The notes under the pieces were generated by a model. That model was not told the origin of the DNA, did no database searches, and saw only the letters and a program-made list of their open reading frames with translations. A stretch of 64,000 nt of DNA from Felis catus (Eukaryota), in NCBI RefSeq assembly GCF_018350175.1, contig NC_058368.1, positions 72,666,001 to 72,730,000 on the forward strand, read 5' to 3'. The position numbers and the translations under genes were made by a program. Shown in pieces: positions 40,827 through 53,321 of the stretch (position 1 is the first letter of the stretch; every line of letters begins with the position of its first letter).

Positions 40827-41046
40827 AAAAAACTTTTTTTAATGTTTATTTTTGAAAGAGAGACAGAGACAGAGTGTGAGTGGGGGAGGGTCAGAGAGAG
40901 AGGGAGACACAGAATCTGAAGCAGGCTCCAGACTCCAAGCTGTCAGCACAGAACCGGATTCGGGGCTCGAACCCATGGACCATGAGATCATGACCAACTG
41001 GGGCTGAAGTTGGAGGCTTACCTGACTGAGCCAACCAGGCGCCCCC
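40827..41046 (-). mobile_element. Can-SINE
   Basis: Reverse body ending gagccaaccaggcgcccc. Confidence 0.92.
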
Positions 41047-41238
41047 GGTATAGTTTTTTTTTTTTTAATTTAAATTTCAAAAGTTACGTGTAATAAATTT
41101 TAGAATATTAAATGCTTAGTACATAATATCAACTTTTTTCCAGAGAGATGCAATTTTCTATGATTTCTTTTTTAAGTTTGAGAATCTCCAAAGGAAAAGG
41201 ATCATGTTTCAAATTACACTTCTTAATAATTGAAATGT

Positions 41239-41466
41239 GGGGCGCCTGGGTGGCGCAGTCCGTTAAGCATCCGACTTCAACCAGGTCACGATCTCGCGGT
41301 CCGTGAGTTCGAGCCCCGCGTCGGGCTCTGGGCTGATGGCTCAGAGCCTGGAGCCTGTTTCCGATTCTGTGTCTCCCTCTCTCTCTGCCCCTCCCGCGTT
41401 CATGCTCTGTCTCTCTCTGTCCCAAAAAAATAAATAAACGTTTGAAAAAAAAAAATTAAAAAAAAA
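41239..41466 (+). mobile_element. Young feline Can-SINE (SINEC_Fc-like)
   Basis: Near-consensus; 13-bp TSD aataattgaaatg (41225-41237 / 41467-41479). Confidence 0.95.
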
Positions 41467-41599
41467 AATAATTGAAATGAAATCTGTTCCCTAGGTAGCA
41501 AATCCCTAAAGGTTTTCCTTACATCATCATGTGTTTATAACTTCTTGTTAGATAGAATAGGTGCCAGACCATATGATGAAAAATGTCTGGCACATAGAA

Positions 41600-41830
41600 G
41601 CATTATAGTGAAACAGTTAAAATGTAAGCTAATGAGTCAGACTATTAATGCTCAAATCCTGTCTTCTCTATTTACTACCTGGGTGACTGCACAGATTCTT
41701 AAACTCTCTGTGCATCAGTATCACCATTTTAAAAGCATTTGCTCAATAGGATTAGATGAGCTAATACTGGCCAGTGCTTAGAACAGTGTTGGGCAGAGTT
41801 TACTATATAAATACTAGCCATTATTATTAC
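41600..41830. mobile_element. MIR
   Basis: gagtcagact...ctcaaatcctgtcttctctatttactacctgggtgact...cttaaactctctgtgcatcagt...gtgcttagaacagtg...tagccattattattac. Confidence 0.65.
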
Positions 41831-41952
41831 TATAGAAGTAGCTCTATTGTTATTATATAGTATAGCAATTGTTATATTGTGTTGTGCTATATTATTAACC
41901 TAGTGAGTACTCACTACTTATGAAATAGAGGACTATGGAAATATATTCTTTT

Positions 41953-42164
41953 AATATTTTTGAATGTTTATTTATTTTTGAGAAAGAGAGAGACAGAGTG
42001 CGAGCAGGGGAGGGACAGAAAGAGAGGGAGATACAGAATCCAAAGCAGGCTCCAGGCTCCTAGCTGTCAGCACAGGGCCCGACACAGGGCTCAAACTCAC
42101 AAACCATGAGATAACGACCTGAGTCAAAGCCAGCCGCCCAAATGACTGAGCCACCCATGTGCCC
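41953..42164 (-). mobile_element. Can-SINE
   Basis: Perfect 17-bp TSD tggaaatatattctttt (41936-41952 / 42165-42181). Confidence 0.94.
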
Positions 42165-44236
42165 TGGAAATATATTCTTTTTACTGAAATATTTTAAGTT
42201 CACATTTCATTACATTGAAATAAATAGCACTTTAACTATGGAGTAATAGTAAAGATTGGAAGTTGTATTTGATTTGCATTGGAGTCCTTTTCCTGAAAGA
42301 CGGCTGAGGATTATAAGGGCCTGGCCTATGCAGTGGGGATCTCACAGGGTGGGGGATGGACAGATAGAATATCTTTTACCAGATCCTGGATTCAAAGCAA
42401 AGAGTCAAGATAGGAAGAGAAGAAAGGCAACATCTGTAAGTCAAGAATCAAGGCACCAAAAGGAAGGCACAGATGCCAAGGAACGGGAGAACCAGGGACA
42501 TTGAGAACAGAAAATAACGGGTCAACAATAAACCTGAAGTTGTCACTGAAACAGATTGGGGCAGATGCTGTCACCCATAGCTAGCCTTATGAGACCTGAT
42601 TCCTGGGCAGGAGGCCGTATGGACCAGCCATTAGTCCCTTCACCACTTCTATTACTGCTGCACTGCTTTCCACCACACACAACCTGAACTTGCATTTTCG
42701 GCAAAGACACACACTCAAGATGATATTCGTTACCTTAAAAAATGGTATTCGTGTGCAACTTCATCACAAAAGAAATAGAAAGCACCTCTCTCAGTAGCAA
42801 AAAGATAAAATAAACAGTCACGTGTCCCTCTGACATCAACACATGTATCAGAGCACAACAAACAACATGATAAAATCATCAACAGAAACAGAGACCTATA
42901 AGTTATGGCAGATACTGCAACTAATAATTTTTAGGTATGTCAAAGATTACCTGGGGGGAAAGAAAGAAACAAAAATAACAGAACAAATGTCAAATTCATA
43001 AAATTGACTTGTATCTGAAAGAAGGCATCTCCAGAAAGTGATCTTTATCTGAATCATACTTCTCTGAAAGGGGAGGATAGGGAATTCTAGCTTGATCTTG
43101 CTCTCAGTCTGTTGAATATTCATTTTGGGCAACAGAACGCAATTTACATCATGTGAGGCCCAGGTCTGTGTGCAGGAACACCCTTTAGGGAACTCAGATG
43201 AAGCTTCTAAAATAACAAGAACATTTTCCAGTTCACCGCAGAGGGAATCCGCAGCTCGAATTTCATTTTCTTTGACAGGTTTTTCCAGATTTGCTCAAGA
43301 AAATGCCCCAGAGAATGATTCTGCTTAAGTTTTACGTACGTGTGTGTGTGTGTGCGTGCGGGCGTGTGCGTGGGTAATGTCTGTATACATGTTTACATGT
43401 AGTTTTTTGATGATAATATTTAGCAATAACAGAGTTTTAAAGAATTTAAATGAACATGACATGCAAACCCAAATAAGAGCATTTTTCTTTGAGGTACCAT
43501 GAATTTAACCTGTCAACTTTTGCTCAAAGGAGAAAAGAAATACTTTCATCGAAGTCTCTATTGTTTGGTCCTATGGCAGAAATTAATTCTGACTCCACTA
43601 TAATGTATGGATACAGCACATCTGAATGAGACTTATGTGTAAATAATAAATATTGCAGAAGAAGTCATATGGCTAAAAAGGTGCTCAACTTCTAGGATAC
43701 GTTAACACAAAACAGAAAGACTTGCTTAGATTTAAATTCAATATACGTTTTATAAGTATTTTTGCCTGCAAAACATTGACACAATTTGAATTCCTGGTTT
43801 CAAAAGAACTACTCTTTTTAAATTTTATTTTTTAGAATTCATAATAATTCTGTTTCTTTTTATAAAATAATCTTTTGCAGGAAACTCACTAAGACAAGTA
43901 CATTTCTAAATAGAAATAAAAGATCATATTAACCTCAACCCTTTCAAAATTATTCAATTTTCTACAAACTAGCTCATTTTTTTAAAATACGCAAACGCAC
44001 AATTTTAAGAGGTAATATTACTCTTCCACTTGACATATATACTGATATTATCAGACAGTGATGAATAATAAAGAAACAGCCCTTACAGCACTGTAGTAAA
44101 GATCAAATATTAAAGCAAAGATGGCAGAGTCAATAGACACAGATCCTTCTCATTTTTGTTGTTGCTACTACCGTTTTGGTTTTTTTTTTTTTGCAAACAT
44201 TGAATGAATGGCCAACACCTTTGGCATGTTACTTAC

Positions 44237-44340
44237 TGATGGGTAGAGGTAACCTTCTCCATTCATGGCTATATACAATCCTGTCTTCACTCCCTGGATG
44301 GCAACAACGCGCAGTCCCACTGGTATGAGGTTGAACAGTG
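44237..44340 (-). CDS. FGF14: FGF14 internal coding exon (conventionally exon 3), 104 nt
   Basis: Minus strand reads ...tttatctttacag|CA CTG TTC AAC...TAC CCA TCA|gtaagt and encodes (T)[34 protein letters not shown]. Joins the upstream exon in frame (A|CA = Thr). Typical FHF beta-trefoil segment. Confidence 0.97.
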
Positions 44341-46542
44341 CTGTAAAGATAAACATGGCCTGTCACAAATGGGCAGGGGAAGCAAAGCTTTGCCATCACT
44401 TTTCTGTCTTTCATTTCTTTTATTGAAAAAAAAAAATCATCTATGTTACAACCTTCTGAGAAGTTCCAATTAATTAAATTTTATTTCTCTTTCTAATGAA
44501 GATGTATCTTCAATGGGTAAAATCAGCCCTTGAGCTTCAATGTATAGATATCAGCAGTCCACCTATAGCGTTGCAAAGAATTGGTGGACCAATACACAGA
44601 CTCAAGCCTGTAATCATGATTCCAGTATCACAGTCTCTGACATCGTTTGATGCCAAAAGAAATCAGCTGTGAAGATTCTCAAAGAGTGGAATCAAAAAAG
44701 TCCAAGTTGAATGCTTAGTCTGGTCTTTCAAGCAGAAAGCATGTTTTATCACTGCAGTGTAGGACAGGCTAGAAGTTTAAAAGGTAATTTCAAAACTAAA
44801 TTAGTCTTGCTGAACCAACATGAGATGCCAGCAGAGCCCAGAAAAGGTGTGTACCTGCCAATGTGCTCAATTTAGAAAGAACGAATCATACTGAACGTCA
44901 TGCACATTTTAAAGAGAGACATTTTTTTTACTAATATCTTATAAAACTGTGAGTGATAACTAAAATAAAAGAGGAGAAAGTGTTCAATTTTACCCATCTG
45001 TGAGATAAAAACTCATTTATGTTTCCATGTATCATTTCTTCCCTTATTGACCAGAAAAGTATTTTTCTATTATTTTACATAGTACAGATAGCAATGTTAT
45101 CACTGAGTTTTAAAAAAAAAAATCTTAACATTCCTTTAACACATTGTCATCCTGGGGTTACATGTTGACTCTTTTGTGGGTATTCTAGCACCATCCTCAG
45201 TATTAACTGCTTCATGATTTGGGGGACCTTAACATAAATACATTTTTAAGAGAGCTATTAATTATCCACAGTGCGGTTATCTGCTCCCACTCAAGGTCTT
45301 AATTCAAGAGTAGTTCCAACTAACTGGATCAGGCCAGAACAGGCAACGACAACCCTGAAATGTTGAAGTAAACATGTAAACAAAATACCTGAGGTTTAGG
45401 TTCTCAAATGTATTCCACAAAAGACAAATAATTTGAAAAGTGTGGGTAATTTTGGCTTCAATCTATGGGTCTACTCAGTATATAATTGAAAATGTACTTT
45501 ATAAATTAATTTCTATTTAATTCTGAGGCATCACATTTTTTTCTCTGAAGGGTGGGGGAAATTTATACCTTCTTTTCCAAGTATTACATATTACTGATCC
45601 CAAGATGTAAAGATGCCTATGATGAAAGGAACATGGCAGGCCATGGTCATAGATAATGATCCCTAAAGGAATACTCAGGGGCAAAATGATTAAGTGGATA
45701 CTAGCTTTCATGATTCAAGCTATCTTTGGACTCTTTTCCATAGGATTCTAGAGGCTTATGTTATAAAAGAATGAGGCTTATGCTTGCTCACTTCTATTAC
45801 TTAATAGTAAACATGAGTGGGAGTCATTGAACAGTACATGGTACTTTTGTTATTGTAACTCAGTATTTCTTCTTTGTGGGACAGGACCATTGGCTAATTT
45901 CACTCTTAGCCAGAACACCTAAACTCTCCTATCTCCCTTCTATTTTGAAAGGATGGGTACCATAGAACAATTCCTGATTTAGGTGTAAAAGTTCTGGAGA
46001 AAAAAAAACATAGTTGGATGCCTGTCCTTGAAAACTATTCTAACTTAACCCATTCAAACTTAATCATTCTAATCTTTATACACTCCTAATGGTATTTGTA
46101 GGTGCCATATATTTGATAGAGGCCAGATGGTATAATTCTAGAAAGTAAGTACATCATGAACTCATCAAAATAATATGGTATAGGAAAGAGAAAAATTATA
46201 GATGATAGCCTAAAATGACCTTACCAAAAAATAAGTTTTTTCCCTAGGATTTTGGTTGGGACCTGAATTCCAAAATGTCAGTTATTATCCTTTACAGAAA
46301 TACAAATCAAAGTTAACCCATGTAACCACTGTCATGTGGAAGCCCATTCAGAGCTGATCATGATGAATCCATGGTGCTAATTAAATCTACAGATACCCAT
46401 GTTAATTGAGACATCATTATATTTTCCATTCCTTTTGTATTTTATATAATTATAAAGCAATGTCACAAAGCCTAGGGGAGTTCAGAATAATAAGATGTTC
46501 ATGCTACCCTATTTATTCTGTGGAACACTCTAGTTTTCCGTA

Positions 46543-46735
46543 CAGTAGTGATTTTCAACCCCGGCTATACTTTAAAATTAGCTGTATTCATAAAGCAGGA
46601 AATCCATGCCCAACCACAGACTACTTAAATTAAATAAGAATCTCTGGAAGTGGGTTTAGGGTTTAGGGCATAAGGAAATTTTTTAAAAAGCTCCTCAAAT
46701 GACGCTAAAGTACAGCCAAGATTGAAACAGCCATC
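46543..46735. mobile_element. MER5-like DNA transposon relic
   Basis: agtgattttcaacccc...aagaatctctggaagtggg...ttttttaaaaagctcctcaaatga...cagccaagattgaaa. Confidence 0.55.
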
Positions 46736-48266
46736 CCAAGGCCTGTAGCATGGTGGTAGCTGTGAGTGATGGGCAATTTTTACACATCAAATTATCAGGT
46801 CGGGAATTTCTAAGATGAGAGGGGTGCTTGTAGCATTTATTAAATCTGGTGATGGGAGCAATTAAGTTTAAGAGCACAGGAAAACCTCAGGACATCCCCA
46901 AAAGCAAACTAGGGGAAAAGAAAACTACGTCCTAATCAAATGCCATAGTTCATGGTAAGGCTAATGTTTAGTAGATAGATGGGCAGCTCTAAGAATTTTA
47001 AATGAATATACCCTGAAAATGAGTGTGTGATGAAGTAACCTGTGTACTCATTTCTTTCTGTGAAAGATCTCTCCAGGGCACATAGATGCCAATAGTAAGC
47101 AGTCAAGTTGCTACAGTATCTTCTCTATTAGGGCCAATCACCCATCATCAGTCACTGTCATGCCACTTTCCTTCCCGGAGATTTCTAGATCTCGGGCTGG
47201 AAAACCCGGGGAGGATGTTAGGATCAGGCTCACTGTCTGCTGGCCTTTCTCTCTCCTCTCAACTCACCTAAAAATCTTGACAAAGGCAGCTTAGTAGGGT
47301 TGTTCTGACTGTACCTAGTTCTAAATAAGCTCATGTTCAGTTGTGGGGATATGTGTCCAGCTCAAATCATGAAGATTTGAAGGCTCAAGCCTCAGTTTTG
47401 TCATATAGTGACTTTCAAGGTGGCAGCATGGTGACCTTTAGATTATTTCTCCTTATTTTTCCTACTTACAGATTACTAGTCTTTGGTTTGGATTCAGAGG
47501 ATTATCAAAAATCTGGAATGCATTTGTGAATTCTTACATCACACCCTTCGTCAAACCAAAAGGGCAGTGCTACCAGGACCCGCCTTCCAGCATCTCTAGT
47601 GCTCACCCTCATGTTTATAGAATACTTTTCATGGCTTATGATTTTCTGAAGATTCATAAGACTACTGTAATGAACCAGAGAAAAGAAAATAATCTTAAAA
47701 TTCCATCTAAAAAATGTGCTTTTCAACTACAAAAGTGATGACACACAAAAGTAGAGTGAATCAGTAATTCCCACGGCTTTTATAAAACTACTGCAGTTCT
47801 GCCATGTTTTATTAAGTTTTATGGTCGTATAATTTGTAATGGCCTTTTGAGGAGAGAACCTGTATCTCACCCTGTTTCTCTCTATTCTGCTATGTTTTGG
47901 AAAATGTTGAAATGGTAACAAAACTAACCCAACTGGCCAAAAGGGCACATAAAATGGAACAGAAGGTGTGGGACAGCTCTTTGCACAGGAATGCAAGCCC
48001 CTTGAGTGTGGGCACTAGGACTTGGTTCTGTGGCTTCTCTACAGGAGATCCTGTCCCCTCTTTATTGTTTAAATTGTTCCTCGACAGTATTAGGGGGGTT
48101 AGAGAGGACTGCAAGTGCTGCCAGACTCTTGTTCCTTCAAGTGTGGTTACACAGTAGGAGAAAACAAGCCCCACACATTTAGAGAACAGAAGGTTGTGTG
48201 TCTTTTGGTGTCTAGTCTCAGAGTTCCAGTTTGGTGTTTAACACTGTTTGCGTAACCAGATACAAT

Positions 48267-48268
<2 letters not shown>

Positions 48269-48306
<38 letters not shown>
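48269..48306. repeat. (TG)19 microsatellite in the intron between the two exons
   Basis: 38-nt TG run. Confidence 0.95.
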
Positions 48307-48309
<3 letters not shown>

Positions 48310-50312
48310 ATAATGTATAAATCTGCACTTTCACAGTTTAGAAAATATTGTGCTCCTTATTCAATTCTGAAGCAATACGCTTTTAAAAGATAGTGTCTAC
48401 CTAACACACCTTAATTTGATATTGATTCCCATCGTTAAAAATAACCAACTTGTTTGGCATTACAAAAACCAAAGAAGAAGGTAGGGGAAAATGCATAAAA
48501 CCTGTGAAGAGAATTATTTTTCTGAGAAACTAAGCAGCATTTTCATATAGCTATGGTTTATTTCCTTTCTTAAAAACTTTGGCATAAGGGATGGCCTCAA
48601 ACTCTAAGTCAGAATGTCATAGTTTTTGCAGTAATCAGAATTATGGAAAACTATTCCTCATGCTCCACTGGATTTTGGTCAAAGGAAATCAGAAAACATT
48701 GAAGACATCAGAACTTAACAAATCTTGAGAGTCCATGACTCCCACGAGTATAAGACATAAGAAAAAGAGAATGCCTTTTGTCAAAGAATGGGTAAGGAGA
48801 TAAAGATAGGGAGAAGAAAATGAACAGACACACATGTATTAGTTTGAACCAGAAGAAACTGGCATCTTTCATAGGTCAAAGATGGTCAAGTCCTTACAAT
48901 TTTAAAAAGTTCAATCCAATATCAAAATCCCAACAAGTAAACAATGGTTGACATCAGTCTTAAGAATAAAAATGTTTTCTCTTTCTTCCTTGTGTTTGAA
49001 TTGCTTTACCTTCTCTTTTCTCTAAATCAAAGAAGGAAATAAACCACTTGACAAAAAAAATCAATGAACAAATACAATAGGGAAAAGTTTAAAAGGACAA
49101 AAGGACAACATAATAGACACAAAGAGAGAAAAAGATTAGAGATTGAAAAGGAAGAAAATGCAGATAAACAGAACATTTTTAGGTTGAAAAAAAATTTAAA
49201 TGATGCAAGGTCCAAATTCTAAAAGGTAAACACAATGGCTAGAAAAATATTGACACTTCACATAGTGACATCAAATGCAAAAACAATCTGCTTTATATTA
49301 TTAGATGATGTTGGGGCTACTAAAAATTGGATTACTAGAACTTAAAACAGAAAGTGCCTATAATTTGGTTATATGTATTCAAATCCTCCCTTCTTCTCAT
49401 GGAATGTTGTTCTATAAATGAAGGGCTAATGTTAAATGGAGGTAAAGATTCATATGCACTCCTGATCCACTGTTAATATGTGAATAAATATTTCCAATAA
49501 AATCAGTTTTTGCTTTTCATTCATTCTCCCGAGCATTGGAAAGGGTCTATTTTAAAACTGATGTGCCAAATTAAAAGGACTTTTATGCCAGAATAAACAG
49601 AAAATGGGAAGGGAAAACACAGACAATTGAGTAAGAAGAGACACCAGAATGAAAACACAAAGAAGAATTATATATTAAAAAACAGTAAAGTGAAGGCAGA
49701 CACTAATACAATGGAGGGTCAATGGCTTTTCAACTAAAGAAAAATCATCACAGACCCAAATATATAATGTAAACATTTTGTACAATGTATCTAAAGGTAC
49801 AGAACTTTCGCATCCTCTCTACAAAAAAGATACTATCTTTTCTGGTTGAATGCAAAGAATTTGAAAAATTCCATTTCCATTATTTGAAACAACTAATCCT
49901 TACAGCTCTTGAATTTCCACAATTATCATTAAAAAGCTACAAGCCTGATAAAAACAGTATTTCCAAAGTAAACATGGATTCAACTTTCATCTGGATGCAC
50001 TGGTGTCCTTATTTCACTTTTAGGATAATGAAGATTAAAAGTAACAATAATGCTGGATGTAACAATCATTTTGAAAAAAAGAGAAAGAGAGAAAATAACC
50101 TCTAATTATCTTAAAATGATAGCTTTCTTTTGTTGCTGTTAATGTTTTCATCCATGTGGTCCAAGTACAATGGTAAATGGCATTCTAGTGTGTAACATTT
50201 GTAAAAATGAACCAACACAACAAGTATTTGTAAATGTATTTTAAGAAGTCATTTAAGCAGCAGCGTAGCTTCTACCAACTGTGTTAACGGGTGGCCTGAG
50301 GTTGTCACTTAC

Positions 50313-50423
50313 TAGAATTAGTGCTGTCATCCTTGGTTCCATCGAGAGCTCCATCGGGATGCATTTGCAAGTAGTAGCCTTGCCTGCAATATAACCTGGT
50401 CACTATACCCTTGAGCTGGGGAT
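50313..50423 (-). CDS. FGF14: FGF14 internal coding exon (first common exon, conventionally exon 2), 111 nt
   Basis: Minus strand reads ...tttgcctttcag|AT CCC CAG CTC AAG...AAT TCT A|gtaagt and encodes (D)[36 protein letters not shown], recognised as the start of the FGF14/FHF core. Canonical acceptor and consensus GTAAGT donor; phase 1 at both ends. Confidence 0.97.
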
Positions 50424-52319
50424 CTGAAAGGCAAACATAGTTATCATAAGCCTCACAATGTGTCAGAATAGAGTTTCTTTTTTTCTTTTTCTGATTCTTT
50501 TCTTTCTTTTTCAGAAGAGGGCATTGGATAGAAGTAGCACCTTTCACTCTCTATCTCCCAGATTCCTCTGTCTGAATCAAACTTAGAGCATATTGATCAG
50601 TAAAGGTGAGGAAAAAGCAGTCATACGTTGCATGTGTCAGCAGCAGAAAGTAGGTCCTTTTATGAAACTAATGTGTGGATTTAAATTATTAATTAACACA
50701 CTTGAGCTACTTAATAATCTATTCGTTTAATTATTAGCTAAGTCCTAAACTAATTAGTCTAATAGTCTAATGTCATTCAGGATGGTAGTACAAGAGTTGT
50801 GCAAACTTCTGCTTCTAAGAAACCTTATTAAAGGTTTTTTAATGGATTTTTCTTTTTACTTAATTTGACAAGTAATCCCAAAAGGTGAAAAGCCTATAAT
50901 AAAAAAAAATCATACTAACATTTTGATATGCATTCTTAGAAAAAGCCCCATTATGGAGAATGCCTCTTTGATGTCTAAAGGGTCAGCCTGACTGGCATGG
51001 AAGCATCTAGTACTCATGCATGACCCATAGAAAAATGGGAGAGTCGATTTCTGAGCTCAGGGTGAGGCACCATAACAAACCTATGCTGTCAGGTCAGCTC
51101 TGTGGCCATAATCTGGACGAATTAGACAGTTTGCACACATTTATAACTAAAAAATAGAGTGAAATTATATAACGTGGATTTTGATTCTTAGCCAAAAGGG
51201 CCAAAGATAGAGGACAGTGGAAGTTTATTAAAGCAAAATGGGAAATCATATGGTAACAGACTTCTCATTTGATGATTCATTGAAAAGAAAACCATTCAAG
51301 TGACCCAGGCTTCACAAAGAGCCAGCTGTACCTTTGAAAATAAATATTTACATGTGGCTTTTCAAAGGCCATCCTTGTTTTATGACTAGATATGATGTTG
51401 GACATCATATTCATCACCATGGCGACTGGCAACTCTCCACAATCGCTGAATGGGACATGCAAATACGATCATGCTATCAAACAGTAGAATGGCACAGAAC
51501 GATGAAGGCTACCATCTTGTAATTGACAGAAAATTTGTGGATTTGCCAACAGGTGAACACAAACAAGAAAACACACATGTCAAAAAAAAAAAGGCTCTTC
51601 CAAACCAGAATACCCTTAGTCTTTTGTTTAGTCCTCAAGAAACTAAAGACAATGTCAATATATATTATTATGGACACATAATATAACTAATAATTTGAGA
51701 AATGACTTTTTGGTACTTAGATTTTCTTCAAAGATCAAGTGATAGTGAAGAAAATCTGGGGGGAATACTGCATGAACACCACAGCATCACATCAGTGTAA
51801 CTAAATATAATAGATGCTTCTAGAAGACTAGGATTAAAAAACAATCTAAGTGATTATTGGGATTGTGTGACATATGTTCCTTATTCTGTAGTATATACCT
51901 TTAAAAATCACACAATTCTAAGAAGTGCATTAGTGGGAAAAAGTACTCTTGCACCTTAGTCTGCCATTCGCTCAGTAAAATTTGACTGGGTTATTGACCC
52001 TCTACGTATTGAGGACTTCTTTTCTTATTTATGCTGCATTGTATTTATGCTCATCACTGCAAATAAATGGCATGGAAAAGAAGAGAACAAAGGTAAAAAG
52101 TCAGGTTTTTAATTGCCATGAGGACATACAAGGAATTTCAGAGATTGATAATCCTCTGTAAAAGCTTTATGTTTTGAATCACTTAGTGTTAATAATTCTA
52201 CATTTTAGCTACTACTTGAATTAAGTAGGTCAGGCAAGGCAGTAAAAGACACATAACCCCCACAAGCTCCCTCATACTTAAAGAGAACACTTCTTCCTCT
52301 TCTTTTTTTGTTGCTTTTC

Positions 52320-52745
52320 CTATTATCAAAAAGACAAGAGATAACAAGTATTGGTGAGAATGTGGAGAAAGTGGAATCCTTGTGTACTGTTGGTGGGAAT
52401 ACAAATTGATGCAGCCACTGTGGAATACAGTATGGAGGTTCCTTAAAAAATTAAAAATTAAACAACCAATCCGCTTGTTACCGCAATCCCACTTCTGGGT
52501 ACACAGCCACAGGAAATGAAATCGGGGTCTCAAAGAGATCTACAGCTCCATGTCCACTACAGCATTATTCACAATAGCCAAGATATGGAAACAACCTAAG
52601 TGTGCATCAGCAAGTGAATAGATAAAGAAAATGTGGTATAAGTGCACAACAGAATATTTTTCAGCCTTTAAAAAGAAGGAAATTGTGCCATTTGTGACAA
52701 TATGGATGGGACTGGAGGACATAAGTCTGAGCAAAGTGTGAGCAA
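52320..52745 (+). mobile_element. Old L1 ORF2 C-terminal fragment
   Basis: aaaaagacaagagataacaagtattggtgagaatgtggagaaa...ctgttggtgggaat...cagcattattcacaatagccaagatatggaaacaacctaagtg. Confidence 0.85.
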
Positions 52746-52869
52746 AGAACGAAACCATAGTTTTGAGTTCTCACTCAATTTCAAAGAAACGAAACCAAAT
52801 TGATTTCTATGCATCTAGTTTCACATTATTTGATGTTCTCTTTTTGAGGAACCATAATAACACTGACTG

Positions 52870-53075
52870 TGCTCTTCCCAGGCGCCAGGCACTGTGGTAA
52901 GTACGTTACAGGATTAACTCATTGAACAAACCACAACTTACTTATTAGAAAGCCCACTTTGAAGATGAGAAGGTGGAGTCAGAATGATGGAGTAATTGAC
53001 AAAGAACACAAAACTGACAAGTGCTCCACTGGGGTTTGAACAAGATCTACATTTTAACCACTAAACTGTGTGGCC
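52870..53075. mobile_element. MIR
   Basis: gccaggcactgtggtaag...attaactcattgaac...cccactttgaagatgagaa...ggggtttgaac...ttaaccactaaactg. Confidence 0.6.
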
Positions 53076-53122
53076 TCTGGAAGTTGAACAATTGGCCCGA
53101 ACCATCTTAAGAATCTAAACTA

Positions 53123-53321
53123 GGGGCGCCTGGGTGGCGCAGTCGGTTAAGCATCCGACTTCAGCCAGGTCACGATCTCGCGGTCCGTGAGTTCGAGCCC
53201 CGCGTCAGGCTCTGGGCTGATGGCTCAGAGCCTGGAGCCTGTTTCCGATTCTGTGTCTCCCTCTCTCTCTGCCCCTCCCCTGTTCATGCTCTGTCTCTCT
53301 CTGTCCAAAAAAAAAAAAAAA
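53123..53321 (+). mobile_element. Young feline Can-SINE (SINEC_Fc-like)
   Basis: Near-consensus body with pure A tail; perfect 14-bp TSD aagaatctaaacta (53109-53122 / 53322-53335). Confidence 0.95.

Larger units (their letters stand above)
1..44236 (-). other. FGF14: 5' part of the long FGF14 intron downstream of exon 3 (continues beyond window start)
   Basis: Starts at the GTAAGT donor (plus 44231-44236). No peptide resembling the next FGF14 exon was seen in the ORF track or sequence. Confidence 0.85.
44341..50312 (-). other. FGF14: FGF14 intron between the two exons (5972 nt, GT-AG)
   Basis: Bounded by the GTAAGT donor (plus acttac 50307-50312) and the AG acceptor (plus ct 44341-44342). 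Confidence 0.93.

Noticed and set aside
50424..50547. N-terminal extension of ORF 50305-50547 (and of 44168-44356) as real coding sequence
   Set aside because: FGF similarity stops exactly at canonical splice sites; the extensions are intronic read-through, including A-tract-derived poly-Lys.
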